Assembly: GCA_963695355.1 (NCBI GenBank)
Contig: OY968775.1
Coordinates: 71,983 to 135,982, forward strand
Source of the DNA: an uncultured beta proteobacterium
Lineage (GTDB): Bacteria; Pseudomonadota; Gammaproteobacteria; Burkholderiales; Gallionellaceae
Length of the DNA: 64,000 nucleotides
Reading direction: 5' to 3'
The position numbers and the translations under genes are program-made. Of this stretch, positions 1 to 9,707 are shown piece by piece; position 1 is the first letter of the stretch, and every line of letters starts with the position of its first letter. Under the pieces are notes generated by a model, which saw only the letters and a program-made list of their open reading frames with translations, was not told the origin of the DNA and searched no databases.

Positions 1-3000
1 ATCAAATTACCGCTTTTAAATGACCCGACAGCGTTGCAAACATTTTTAGCCAGCCGGGCAGAGCTTCTGGGATTGTTCAATGCCGGTGTAATGAGCTACA
101 ACGCGGATGGCACAGTAATTGCCGAATCGCAAGCTTCTGCCGGGCAGCTTGGAGCAAACCAACTCAAACTTGAGCATATCGCCGCCGCTCTCCAGCACGG
201 TTTATCAACAGTCAGCAAGCCTCATGTTTTCACATCGCAAATTAGCCCTGAATTTTGCATGGTAGTTCCTATTCGAGATGTGGAAGGAAAAATAATTGGT
301 GCTTTGGCTGGCGTAACGGATCTGAATAAGCCCAATTTTTTAGAAGATGTCACTCAAAATCGCTATGGCAGGACGGGCGGCTATTTACTGGTCGACAAGC
401 AGACTCGGACTATCATCACTGCTACTGACAAAAGTCGCATTATGGAAACATTGCCTGCGCAAGGCACGATACCCGGCATCGATAAATTTATTCAGGGCTA
501 TGAAAGTTATGCCACTTTGACCAACCCGCTCGGAGTTAAAGTTCTTTCTTCCGCTAAAGGTATATCCAGTACAAACTGGTACGTTGCGGTGACACTTCCA
601 ATTGAAGAAGCCTTCGCGCCTATTGCTGCCGTCCAAAGAAATATTTTATTAGCCGCACTCATTTTTACCTTAATCGCGGGTGGTTTGACTTGGTGGATAC
701 TAAGCGAGCAGCTTGCACCGATACTTTCAGCCATAAAAATCCTGACGAACCTAAACAACACCCCTGACTCCACTCTTCATCCACTCATCATCGACAAACA
801 GGATGAAATTGGAGCGTTACTGACTGCCTTCAATCGACTACTGACAACTTTAAATAAACGGGAAAAAAATCTGCGCGAAAGTGAAGATCGCTATCACGTT
901 TTAGTCGATAAAACGCCGAGTGGTTTCATCGTGCATCATGGTGGGAAGGTGCTGTACGTCAACCCCGCCGCTATCCAAATGTTTGGTGCCAAAACTGCAC
1001 AAGACCTGATAGGGATGCCTGTACTCAACTTGATACATCCCAGCTTTCATCAGATCGTGTTGGATCAAATCAAAAAAAATACCGCTGACGGCATCGATAC
1101 GCCGCTAATGGAAGAAAAATTTGTCCGCTTGGATGGATCGACATTTGCGGGTGAAATCACCGGTACTGCGATTGTCTTCAATGGTGAACCTGCCATTCAG
1201 GCTAGCATTACCGACATTACTGAGCGCAAAGCCATCGCTGAAAAATTGCATAAAATTGAGCAACAATCCCACCTTTTAATCCAAACCGCCAACGAAGCTA
1301 TCTTCGTTCTCCAAGGCGGCCATTTGAAAACGGTGAATCCTGCATCAAGCAAATTAACCGGCTATTCAGAAACGGAGTTGCTAGCACTGCCTTTTTTAGA
1401 ATTAGTGCACAACGACGATAGAGAATTAGTGATCGGAAATTTTCAACGGCGCATGAAAGGTGAAGCCGTTGATGATCATTATCAAATCAGAATTATCACT
1501 AAACAAAATCAAACCAAATGGGTTGAGTTGAGTGGCTCTAAAATTGAATTCGATGGACAACCCGCTTCGCTTGGCTTTGCGACTGATATCACTGAACGCA
1601 AAAATATCGAATCCTGGTTATTGTTAAGTGAAGCAAACGCAACTAACTTGGCGAACATGTTACGTATGATGTGTGACAACGTACCAGACATGATTTGGGC
1701 AAAAGATTTGGATAAGAATTATATTTTTGCCAATAAAGCTATTTGCGAACAGTTATTGTGTGCAAAGGATACCAATGAACCCATCGGCAAAAATGATCTG
1801 TTCTTTGCGCAACGCGAAAGAAATCTTTTCCCCGACAACCCTGATTGGCATACCTTTGGAACTATCTGCCAAGAAAGCGATTACGCAACTTTAAGGCAAG
1901 GAAAAACGGCACGATTTAAAGAATGCGGCAATGTGAAAGGCCAACATTTATGTTTGGAAGTTTTTAAAGCCCCCTTCGTTAATGATAGGGGTGAAGTAAT
2001 CGGCGTGGTGGGAACCGCACGTGATGTCACCTTGCAAAAGGTCGCCGATGAAAAGCTGCGGCTTGCGGCCATGGTATTTGAAAATAGCAGCGAAGGCATG
2101 ATAGTAACCAATGCAGACGATCATATTATCGAGATCAATCCCGCCTTTACCAAGTTGACGGGCTATGACTTGCAAGAGGTTATAGGTAAAACACCCGCCG
2201 TTCTAAATTCAGGAGAACAATCGCCAAGCTTCTATCGTGAGATGTGGCAAAAAATCAATGAAACGGGTCAATGGCAAGGCGAAATTTGGAACCGTCGCAA
2301 AGATGGCGAACGCTATGCCGGGTGGCTGACGATCAATTCTGTTTATGACGAATCGGGCTCAGTACAACGCCGTGTTGCCTTGTTTTCTGATATCACCATA
2401 CAAAAGCAAGCTGAAGCTGCGATTCAATATACCAACCGCGCCCTTGCCGCACGCAACACAGTGAATCGCAGCTTGATGCGCACCACACACGAACGTGAAC
2501 TTTTCCAGGAAATTTGTCAGGCTATCGTTGAAAAATGCGGTTATGTACTGGCGTGGGTGGGGTATGTCGTCAAAAGCAAGAACAAGGAAATACGCCCCGT
2601 TGCACAATTTGGTTTTGAAGAAGGTTATCTAAATGTTGCCAAAATCGTATGGGCAGATACACCGCAAGGCCAGGGTACAACTGGCAGAGCCGCACGTTTG
2701 GGTAGCATCCAGATTGCGCAAAATCTGTTGACAGACGAGTCTATGGCACCCTGGCGAAATGAGGCGTTAAAACGAGGCTATGCGTCTTGCATCTCGCTAC
2801 CGCTCGCTGCGGATGGAGTAGTGTTTGGCGTGATGTCTATCTACGCCAAGCAAGCCGAAGCTTTCAATACAGCTGAGGCCGAGTTGCTGGAAGAAATGGC
2901 CAATGATCTCACCTTTGGTGTCACCGCTTTGCATGCACGCCAAGAGCGGGATATTGCCTTGCAACAACTGAGCAGTACGGCCAGCGAATTGGCAGAGGCA

Positions 3001-4650
3001 AATAGCCAAATCGAGTTAGAGCGTGCGCAACTTGCTGAACGGGTGACGCAACGTACCGCGCAATTGCTGTTGGCGAACAAGGCCAAAGATTCATTCCTGG
3101 CCACGATGAGTCACGAAATTCGCACCCCGCTAGGCGGTCTATTGGGCATGATGGAGTTGCTGGGTTTGTCACACCTTAGCCAAATGCAACGTGAAATACT
3201 AGTAACAGCACAAGAGTCAGGTGCAAGCTTGTTGCGCATCGTGGACGATGTGCTCGATTGGTCCAAGATCGAAGCGGGAAAATTGGAATTGTCTCCCAAA
3301 GTCACCACGATTGTAGAAATGATGATGGGAGTGAAGAACACTTACCTGCAACTTGCCAGTGAAAAAGGGCTGCAATTAAATTTGCAGGTAGATGGAAAAC
3401 TCGCTTCGGCACATCGCTTCGACCCGCTCAGGCTTTCACAGATACTCAATAACTTCGCCAGTAACGCAATCAAATTCACCAAACAAGGTCGGATAGACAT
3501 CGATGCGAAATGGCTATCGCGAACCAATGGCCAAGATGAAGTGGAATTTAGCGTAAAAGACACCGGCATCGGAATTGATGCCGCGCATCAATTACGGCTT
3601 TTCGAACTTTATGAACAAGCCAATGCGGATACCGCACGGATGTACGGTGGAACGGGATTGGGATTATCCATCTGCCGCAGCTTGGCCGACATGATGCACG
3701 GCCAGATAGGTGTTCAGAGCGTACCCGGAGAGGGATCAACCTTTAGTTTTAATGTGAATTTGGAAGTCGCAAGCTCGGTTGATGTAGATGATCTTCAATC
3801 AAACCATAATCCTTCATATAACACTGAAATTGAATCGGTGGTTAGGCCACTGGTGGGACAGGGAACCAGCCTTTCAGTTTTGGTGGTTGATGATCATCCG
3901 ATCAACCGGGCGTTACTGAAAAAACAATTGCGGCTACTCGGTCTGCAAGTAACCACGACTGAAGATGGCACTTCAGCTTTGTCGCTTTGGGAAAATGAAC
4001 ACTTTGACTTGATTATCTCCGATTGCCATATGCCTGATATGGATGGTTATGAGCTGGCACGGCGTATCCGCACAACTGAGCAACACTCCGACAAACAAGC
4101 TATTCCTATCATCGCCTGGACGGCCAATGTACTAACCGAAGAGCTGGAACGCAGCCGTGCAGCAGGCATGAACGACTTGTTGACCAAGCCAACCAAAATG
4201 ACCGACTTGAGAGAGATGCTCGTAAAGTGGCTGACTAAAACGAACTTATTACCCACTCTCGACACAATTGATTCCACCAAATTAACACCCCAGCATTCCC
4301 GCAAAAATCAGGTTGTACTGAATCTGGATGTCCTTAAATTGATTTCCACACGCCCCGAAAATCAATTGGAGCTGTTGAAAGAATTCAGTTTGCAGAACCG
4401 TATCGACGTTGCCAATTTAGATACGGTATTACAAACGGGAAACGCCCCGGAAATAATGCGCTGTGCCCACCGAATTAAAGGAGCGAGCCGCATGGTGGGC
4501 GCAGCCGAATTGGAGGATGTCTGCACACAAATCGAACACTCGGCAAAACAGAATGATTTAGACACTGCGCGCCTGATTTTCAGCACAGTTATCGAATCAG
4601 TGATGGCAGCACTTGAGGCCGCCATCAGCGCGTTCAAAGAAGGCAATTAA
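1..4650 (+). CDS. Hybrid sensor histidine kinase (Cache-like/TM, HAMP, multiple PAS, GAF, HisKA, HATPase, REC, HPt); 5' end truncated by window edge
   Basis: Frame is open from base 1. H-box FLATMSHEIRTPL, G boxes DTGIGI/GGTGLGLSI, REC VLVVDDH...SDCHMPDMDG, HPt AHRIKGAS, several PAS repeats ending in DITERK. Confidence 0.93.
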   Translation: MKLPLLNDPTALQTFLASRAELLGLFNAGVMSYNADGTVIAESQASAGQLGANQLKLEHIAAALQHGLSTVSKPHVFTSQISPEFCMVVPIRDVEGKIIGALAGVTDLNKPNFLEDVTQNRYGRTGGYLLVDKQTRTIITATDKSRIMETLPAQGTIPGIDKFIQGYESYATLTNPLGVKVLSSAKGISSTNWYVAVTLPIEEAFAPIAAVQRNILLAALIFTLIAGGLTWWILSEQLAPILSAIKILTNLNNTPDSTLHPLIIDKQDEIGALLTAFNRLLTTLNKREKNLRESEDRYHVLVDKTPSGFIVHHGGKVLYVNPAAIQMFGAKTAQDLIGMPVLNLIHPSFHQIVLDQIKKNTADGIDTPLMEEKFVRLDGSTFAGEITGTAIVFNGEPAIQASITDITERKAIAEKLHKIEQQSHLLIQTANEAIFVLQGGHLKTVNPASSKLTGYSETELLALPFLELVHNDDRELVIGNFQRRMKGEAVDDHYQIRIITKQNQTKWVELSGSKIEFDGQPASLGFATDITERKNIESWLLLSEANATNLANMLRMMCDNVPDMIWAKDLDKNYIFANKAICEQLLCAKDTNEPIGKNDLFFAQRERNLFPDNPDWHTFGTICQESDYATLRQGKTARFKECGNVKGQHLCLEVFKAPFVNDRGEVIGVVGTARDVTLQKVADEKLRLAAMVFENSSEGMIVTNADDHIIEINPAFTKLTGYDLQEVIGKTPAVLNSGEQSPSFYREMWQKINETGQWQGEIWNRRKDGERYAGWLTINSVYDESGSVQRRVALFSDITIQKQAEAAIQYTNRALAARNTVNRSLMRTTHERELFQEICQAIVEKCGYVLAWVGYVVKSKNKEIRPVAQFGFEEGYLNVAKIVWADTPQGQGTTGRAARLGSIQIAQNLLTDESMAPWRNEALKRGYASCISLPLAADGVVFGVMSIYAKQAEAFNTAEAELLEEMANDLTFGVTALHARQERDIALQQLSSTASELAEANSQIELERAQLAERVTQRTAQLLLANKAKDSFLATMSHEIRTPLGGLLGMMELLGLSHLSQMQREILVTAQESGASLLRIVDDVLDWSKIEAGKLELSPKVTTIVEMMMGVKNTYLQLASEKGLQLNLQVDGKLASAHRFDPLRLSQILNNFASNAIKFTKQGRIDIDAKWLSRTNGQDEVEFSVKDTGIGIDAAHQLRLFELYEQANADTARMYGGTGLGLSICRSLADMMHGQIGVQSVPGEGSTFSFNVNLEVASSVDVDDLQSNHNPSYNTEIESVVRPLVGQGTSLSVLVVDDHPINRALLKKQLRLLGLQVTTTEDGTSALSLWENEHFDLIISDCHMPDMDGYELARRIRTTEQHSDKQAIPIIAWTANVLTEELERSRAAGMNDLLTKPTKMTDLREMLVKWLTKTNLLPTLDTIDSTKLTPQHSRKNQVVLNLDVLKLISTRPENQLELLKEFSLQNRIDVANLDTVLQTGNAPEIMRCAHRIKGASRMVGAAELEDVCTQIEHSAKQNDLDTARLIFSTVIESVMAALEAAISAFKEGN

Positions 4651-4671
4651 AGCAACATTGATTTTCTTTGG

Positions 4672-5712
4672 CTAACTTACCCGCACCCCAGGCGAACCAT
4701 TTTTCATCTCACCTATCACGCCGGCCTGAGAAAATCCGGCTTGCTTAAAGCACGCTAACACCTCGTTAACCGCATCTGCTGAAACTGACACCAACAACCC
4801 TCCGCTGGTTTGCGGATCAGCCAATAAACGTTGTTGCCAGCCTTCGATATTTGCGGCGAAATCTATTGCATTACCGTAGCTTTCAACGTTACGCTCTATC
4901 GCCCCAGGGCCGTAGCCTTGCTGCGCTAACGGTAGTGCACTAGATAAAACCGGTACTTGATTGAAATTTATTTCCGCAGCCAAATCTGAGCCGCGACATA
5001 GTTCCAACAAATGTCCGAGTAGTCCGAAACCTGTTACATCAGTCAACGCATGCACGGCTGGCAATTCTGACAATGCAGTACCCACCGTGTTGAGCTTGGT
5101 GGTGTTGGCTATCAATTGTGCATAGCCGTTGGCGGACAACGCGCCTTTTTTTAAGGCTTGCGCCAACACGCCCACGCCCAAACCTTTACCGAGTATCAGC
5201 ACGTCACCTGCTTGCGCTTCGCTGTTCTTTTTTAACTTGTCGGGATGCACGATACCGATTGCGACCAAGCCGTAAATTGGTTCGGGTGAATCGATTGAAT
5301 GACCACCCGCAAGCGGGATGCCCGCTGCTTTGCACACGGACTCACCGCCTTGCAGAATGGCGCGTATTGCTTCCACGGGCAGTTTGTTGATAGGCATGCC
5401 GACGATGGCCAACGCCATGATAGGTGTGCCACCCATGGCATACACATCGGAGAGTGCGTTGGTTGCAGCGATGCGCCCGAAGTCATAAGGATCATCGACG
5501 ATGGGCATAAAAAAATCGGTAGTGGCGATGATGGCTTGTTGATCGTTCAGGCGATACACGGCTGCATCGTCGCTCGTTTCTCTACCCACTAACAAATTGG
5601 CATACGGCAACTTTTCTTGCACATCGCCCAAAATTTTTTGCAACATGGCTGGCGCAATTTTGCAGCCGCAACCGCCACCATGCGACAATGAAGTTAATTT
5701 AATTTCCGACAC
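4672..5712 (-). CDS. selD: Selenide, water dikinase (Cys-type)
   Basis: LTSLSHGGGCGCKIAP, DDAAVY, TDFFMPIVDDP and LADPQTSGGLL motifs. Likely GTG start at 5712 with AAGGA SD upstream. Confidence 0.97.
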   Translation of the reverse strand: MSEIKLTSLSHGGGCGCKIAPAMLQKILGDVQEKLPYANLLVGRETSDDAAVYRLNDQQAIIATTDFFMPIVDDPYDFGRIAATNALSDVYAMGGTPIMALAIVGMPINKLPVEAIRAILQGGESVCKAAGIPLAGGHSIDSPEPIYGLVAIGIVHPDKLKKNSEAQAGDVLILGKGLGVGVLAQALKKGALSANGYAQLIANTTKLNTVGTALSELPAVHALTDVTGFGLLGHLLELCRGSDLAAEINFNQVPVLSSALPLAQQGYGPGAIERNVESYGNAIDFAANIEGWQQRLLADPQTSGGLLVSVSADAVNEVLACFKQAGFSQAGVIGEMKNGSPGVRVS

Positions 5713-5732
5713 AAACGATTCCTTATATTTCA

Positions 5733-6767
5733 ATGTTATTTAGAACAGCAAACTTAACACAGCTTAACGAATTTGACGAAATCATCGATGTGCGCACGCC
5801 GGCAGAATTCGCTGAAGACCACATCCCCGGCGCGATCAATTGCCCTGTGCTTTCCGATGAAGAACGCATCACGGTAGGCACACTATACAAGCAACAGTCA
5901 CCGTTTGAAGCGCGTAAGGTTGGCGCGGCATTAGTTGCGATGAATATTGCTGAGCATTTGCAAACGCGCTTTAACCATCATCCGAAATCATGGCGACCGC
6001 TCATCTATTGCTGGCGCGGCGGACAGCGCAGCGGCGCGATGAGCATCATTCTCGCTCAAGTGGGATGGTCAGCACACAAATTGGAAGGTGGCTATAAAAG
6101 CTATCGCCGCGAAGTATTGAACCAACTCGAAGCATTGCCTGCCCATTTTCAGTTTCGCGTTGTATGTGGCTCAACGGGGTCTGGGAAAAGCCGCTTGTTA
6201 CAGGCATTAGCAAACAATGGTCAACAAGTGTTGGACTTGGAAGATATTGCACAGCATCGCGGCTCGGTATTGGGGAGGCTACCTGAACAAGGTCAACCCT
6301 CACAGAAATATTTTGACAGCCAATTGTTGTTGGCAATGCAAAAGTTTGATGTCACTCGTCCCATTTATGTGGAAGCGGAAAGCAATAAAATCGGACTCAT
6401 CACCCTACCCCCTGCCCTCATCACTGCCATGCACACCAGCGAGTGCCTGCTGGTGGAAACGCCTCTCGCTACACGCGTGGCAGGGCTAATCGAGGACTAT
6501 CAACATTACCTTGTGAATCCGTCTTTGCTCATCTCGCATTTGCAATCACTGCATCGCTTTCACGGTACTCAACAATTAGAGCATTGGACTGAATTGATAC
6601 ACGCGGGTGATTTTAAAACCATGGTAGGAGAGCTTTTGACGTTGCATTATGACCCCAGTTATTTGCGTGCGACCTCTAAGCACTACAAGCTACTGGACGG
6701 TGCTCGCAGAGTTCCGTTGGATGATTTATCGGTGGATGCGTTGCAGAAAATTGCAGTAACGCTCTAA
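5733..6767 (+). CDS. mnmH: tRNA 2-selenouridine(34) synthase
   Basis: Rhodanese domain IDVRTPAEF..HIPGA, YCWRGGQRS, P-loop-like CGSTGSGKSRLL, HRGSVLG; adjacent to selD. Confidence 0.96.
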   Translation: MLFRTANLTQLNEFDEIIDVRTPAEFAEDHIPGAINCPVLSDEERITVGTLYKQQSPFEARKVGAALVAMNIAEHLQTRFNHHPKSWRPLIYCWRGGQRSGAMSIILAQVGWSAHKLEGGYKSYRREVLNQLEALPAHFQFRVVCGSTGSGKSRLLQALANNGQQVLDLEDIAQHRGSVLGRLPEQGQPSQKYFDSQLLLAMQKFDVTRPIYVEAESNKIGLITLPPALITAMHTSECLLVETPLATRVAGLIEDYQHYLVNPSLLISHLQSLHRFHGTQQLEHWTELIHAGDFKTMVGELLTLHYDPSYLRATSKHYKLLDGARRVPLDDLSVDALQKIAVTL

Positions 6768-6773
6768 GACTTT

Positions 6774-6908
6774 CGTCATTCCCGCGAAAGCGGGAATCCG
6801 GCGCTTTTATTGATAATGCCTTTGGTTTTTTGATAATGCCTTTGGTTTTTCTGCCGCTCTGCGGCGAACTTATTGTTTAACTGGATTCCCGCTTTCGCGG
6901 GAATGACG
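6774..6908. repeat. REPIN-like element: inverted pair of GTCATTCCCGCGAAAGCGGGAATCC palindromes enclosing an exact 20-bp tandem duplication
   Basis: cgtcattcccgcgaaagcgggaatcc at 6774-6799 with inverted copy at ~6883-6908; tgataatgcctttggttttt twice at 6811-6850; between convergent genes. Confidence 0.9.
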
Positions 6909-6918
6909 GCTCAAGTTT

Positions 6919-7698
6919 TTATTCAAACTGCCATGCATCCATTGCCAAAATTCCGTAGGTCATCACATGATTGAGACGCTGCGCAGTTTCAAGTTTAATT
7001 GCCGCGCCTAATGCCACGAACAACGGCAATAAATGTTCATCCGTCGGATGGTTTTGCACGGCGTGCGGTGCGAGGCGACGATAATTACCAAGTGCGTCAA
7101 TGTCGCCTGATTGAATTTTTTCTGCCATCCAGTCGCAAAATTCCGTTACCCACACAGGCACAGCCTCTCCTTGCCGATGCTGAAAAATAGCGCGCAAATT
7201 ATGCGTGATTGAACCACTACCGATAATCAGCACACCCTGCCCACGCAAAGGCTGTAGCGCACGACCTAAGGCAATGTGCCACGCGGGGGTTTTTCTTGGT
7301 TGCAACGAAAGTTGCGTGACAGGAATGTTCGCATCGGGGTACATCAAACTCAGTGGAACCCACGCGCCATGATCCAAGCCGCGCATGTTGCTGTGTTGAA
7401 CAGGAATACCTGCTTTTTGGAGCAACTCAACAACGCTCTTAGCCAACTCTGGTGAGCCTGGCGCGGGATATTGCAATTCATAAAGTGCTTGGGGGAAGCC
7501 GCTAAAATCATGAATGGTTTCCGGTTGAACGACGCTACTCACCGTTGGAATATCTGTTTCCCAATGCGCTGAGATGACCAAAATTGCGGATGGGATTGGC
7601 AAAGATGCAGCGATTCTTCGCCACGCACCGCCCGTTTCACCCGGCTCTAAAGGCAAGGTGGGCGCACCATGTGAAACAAATAAAGCGGGCATCTTCAT
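6919..7698 (-). CDS. ygiD: DODA-type extradiol ring-cleavage dioxygenase (LigB/YgiD family)
   Basis: PALFVSHGAP, ILVISAHWE, TIHDFSGFP, RGLDHGAWVPL, GSGSITHNL and HPTDEHLLPL motifs. Confidence 0.9.
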   Translation of the reverse strand: MKMPALFVSHGAPTLPLEPGETGGAWRRIAASLPIPSAILVISAHWETDIPTVSSVVQPETIHDFSGFPQALYELQYPAPGSPELAKSVVELLQKAGIPVQHSNMRGLDHGAWVPLSLMYPDANIPVTQLSLQPRKTPAWHIALGRALQPLRGQGVLIIGSGSITHNLRAIFQHRQGEAVPVWVTEFCDWMAEKIQSGDIDALGNYRRLAPHAVQNHPTDEHLLPLFVALGAAIKLETAQRLNHVMTYGILAMDAWQFE

Positions 7699-7784
7699 TT
7701 TGCTATCCTAACATGCTGATGTTGCAGACTGGTATGTGAGGCATCTGGATTAGAATATCAATGGCAATCCACAAAGAGGTAATC

Positions 7785-8819
7785 ATGGAACTCAGGAAAT
7801 TAGGTGGCAGCGATTTACATATCTCGGTATTGAGTTTGGGCACGATGACGTTTGGCGAGCAGAATACTGAGGCAGATGCTCATGACCAGCTTGATTTAGC
7901 CGTCGCGCATGGTGTGAATTTTATCGACACAGCGGAGATGTACCCAGTCGCACCGCGCGCTGAGACATATAGTCGCACCGAGAGTTATATCGGCTCATGG
8001 CTTAAAAATCAGCAGCGCGATAAGTTGATTGTCGCGACAAAAATCGCGGGACCTTCACGCGGTTTTGCGTGGATACGCAATGGACCGAAGGTGAATCGCA
8101 CGCATATTGAAGCTGCCATAGATGGCAGCCTGCGTCGTTTACAGACCGACTATGTTGATCTGTACCAGATTCATTGGCCTGATCGTTATGTTCCGATGTT
8201 TGGCGCGACCAGCTATGACGTGGCGCAACAACACGACACTACGCCTATTCAGGAGCAACTCGAAGCGTTAGCGTCGTTGGTGCAAGCAGGCAAAGTTCGC
8301 CACATTGGTTTGAGCAATGAAACCGCATGGGGCGTGAGCGAATTTTTGCGTTGTGCTGAAAAATTTAACCTACCCAAAATCGTCTCGATACAAAACGCCT
8401 ATCACTTGATGAACCGCAGCTTCGAATCGGGCTTGGCGGAGATGTGTCATCACAATAATGTGGGATTGTTAGGCTACAGTCCGCTCGCGTTTGGGCATTT
8501 GACAGGCAAGTATCAAGCCGATGCGCAAGCCAAAGGACGCATCACACAATTCCCTAATTTCGGACAACGCTATGCAAAAATAAACGTTCCTGCTGCGGTG
8601 ACAGAGTACGTGCGCATCGCTCAGGAAGCAGGCATCCGCCCTGCGCAAATGGCACTGGCATTTGCCCGTACCCGATGGTTTACCCGCAGCGTGATATTGG
8701 GCGCAACCACCTTGCAACAACTCCAGGAGAATTTATTAAGTACAGAGGTCACACTATCCGCTGACACATTAGAAAAAATCGAGGCGGTGCATAGACGTTA
8801 CCCCAATCCTGCACCTTAA
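7785..8819 (+). CDS. tas: NADP(H)-dependent aldo/keto reductase (Tas-like)
   Basis: LSLGTMTFGEQN, NFIDTAEMYP, LQTDYVDLYQIHWPDR, IGLSNETAWG; ATG at 7785 preceded by GAGGT SD. Confidence 0.9.
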   Translation: MELRKLGGSDLHISVLSLGTMTFGEQNTEADAHDQLDLAVAHGVNFIDTAEMYPVAPRAETYSRTESYIGSWLKNQQRDKLIVATKIAGPSRGFAWIRNGPKVNRTHIEAAIDGSLRRLQTDYVDLYQIHWPDRYVPMFGATSYDVAQQHDTTPIQEQLEALASLVQAGKVRHIGLSNETAWGVSEFLRCAEKFNLPKIVSIQNAYHLMNRSFESGLAEMCHHNNVGLLGYSPLAFGHLTGKYQADAQAKGRITQFPNFGQRYAKINVPAAVTEYVRIAQEAGIRPAQMALAFARTRWFTRSVILGATTLQQLQENLLSTEVTLSADTLEKIEAVHRRYPNPAP

Positions 8820-8838
8820 ACGGTGACTCAACCCGCCA

Positions 8839-8910
8839 ACCGCTCACCCGAAAATACCAACCGTTCATCGCCGATTACCGCCTTTCATCTTAAAAGCCAA
8901 CCTTTCATCT
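8839..8910 (+). promoter_or_regulatory. Array of four imperfect 10-bp direct repeats with 20-21 bp period (putative LytTR/AlgR-type operator)
   Basis: accgctcacc (8839), accgttcatc (8860), gcctttcatc (8880), acctttcatc (8900), upstream of the riboswitch. Confidence 0.5.
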
Positions 8911-8949
8911 TGTGGGTTTTGACTCTAATCAGACAACACACTAACCTGC

Positions 8950-9030
8950 GTCCGCTTGGCAAACTTACCGAAATGTAAGGACGCAAAGTCACCGACCTAA
9001 GGGAAGCTATGGTAGCGGGACTGCAACACG
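8950..9030 (+). ncRNA. Cyclic di-GMP-I (GEMM) riboswitch
   Basis: GGCAAAC-UUAC-cGAAAu-GUAAG-GACGCAAAG-UC...CCUAAG...UAUGG-UAGCGGGACUGC: GAAA tetraloop, canonical 11-nt receptor, AGUC/GACU pairing at the base of P3; collinear with the Vc2 aptamer from memory. Confidence 0.92.
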
Positions 9031-9095
9031 ATGCATCATCCGTGTTCTCCCCCCTTGCCTTTTAAGGAATTTAATCAGCGCAAGTAAGGAACGAG

Positions 9096-9500
9096 ATGAC
9101 GCAACCAAAGACCGCAACAACTGTTATGATTCGGCTATGTCTAGGCCTCTTGCTCTCCACCCTTTCGCTAACAACGCATGCGGCTCAACCTGAAATCACT
9201 CAATTTGATTTGCTTTCGCTTCAACTCTCACACATCAAACAAATAGATTCATACCAAATAAGCACCACTGTAGCAAACACCCCCGCCAGCAATTTTGTAT
9301 TTGGCAAAATGCCTCATCTACCGTCAATATCCGAAATCAAAACAGGCACATTCTGGACAACCAGTATCCGCTGGCACTACACCGATAACGGCATAAAATC
9401 TTCTCTATCACCTAAACTCCGTATCGAATCTAAAGAAAGTCGCATCGAGCTCAACCCACTCAGGCATTCGCTTTCATTGTCGTGGCGCAGAGCACTTTAA
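9096..9500 (+). CDS. Hypothetical exported protein (signal peptide-like N-terminus) downstream of the riboswitch
   Basis: 134-aa ORF, AAGGA SD, hydrophobic stretch ending THA-A, beta-strand-like C-terminal half. Confidence 0.7.
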   Translation: MTQPKTATTVMIRLCLGLLLSTLSLTTHAAQPEITQFDLLSLQLSHIKQIDSYQISTTVANTPASNFVFGKMPHLPSISEIKTGTFWTTSIRWHYTDNGIKSSLSPKLRIESKESRIELNPLRHSLSLSWRRAL

Positions 9501-9707
9501 AAACTCAACTTTTCACGTCGCATTCCCTTTTTAAAAATCTGTTCCATTTCCGTATTACGCGAGGCTAGTTTATCTAATCTTGCGCATCAACCCGCATTAC
9601 CCCACTCGCGCTATAAATTAGCTTATGCCCACAGAACACAATCTGCGGCATAATTGGAGTACACCAATCATCGCCAAATCGTTATTCACCTGAATAGAAC
9701 ATGAAGT

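Noticed and set aside
5630-5700. Possible selenocysteine (UGA) in SelD active site
   Set aside because: The GGGCGCK motif uses TGC codons; no in-frame UGA.
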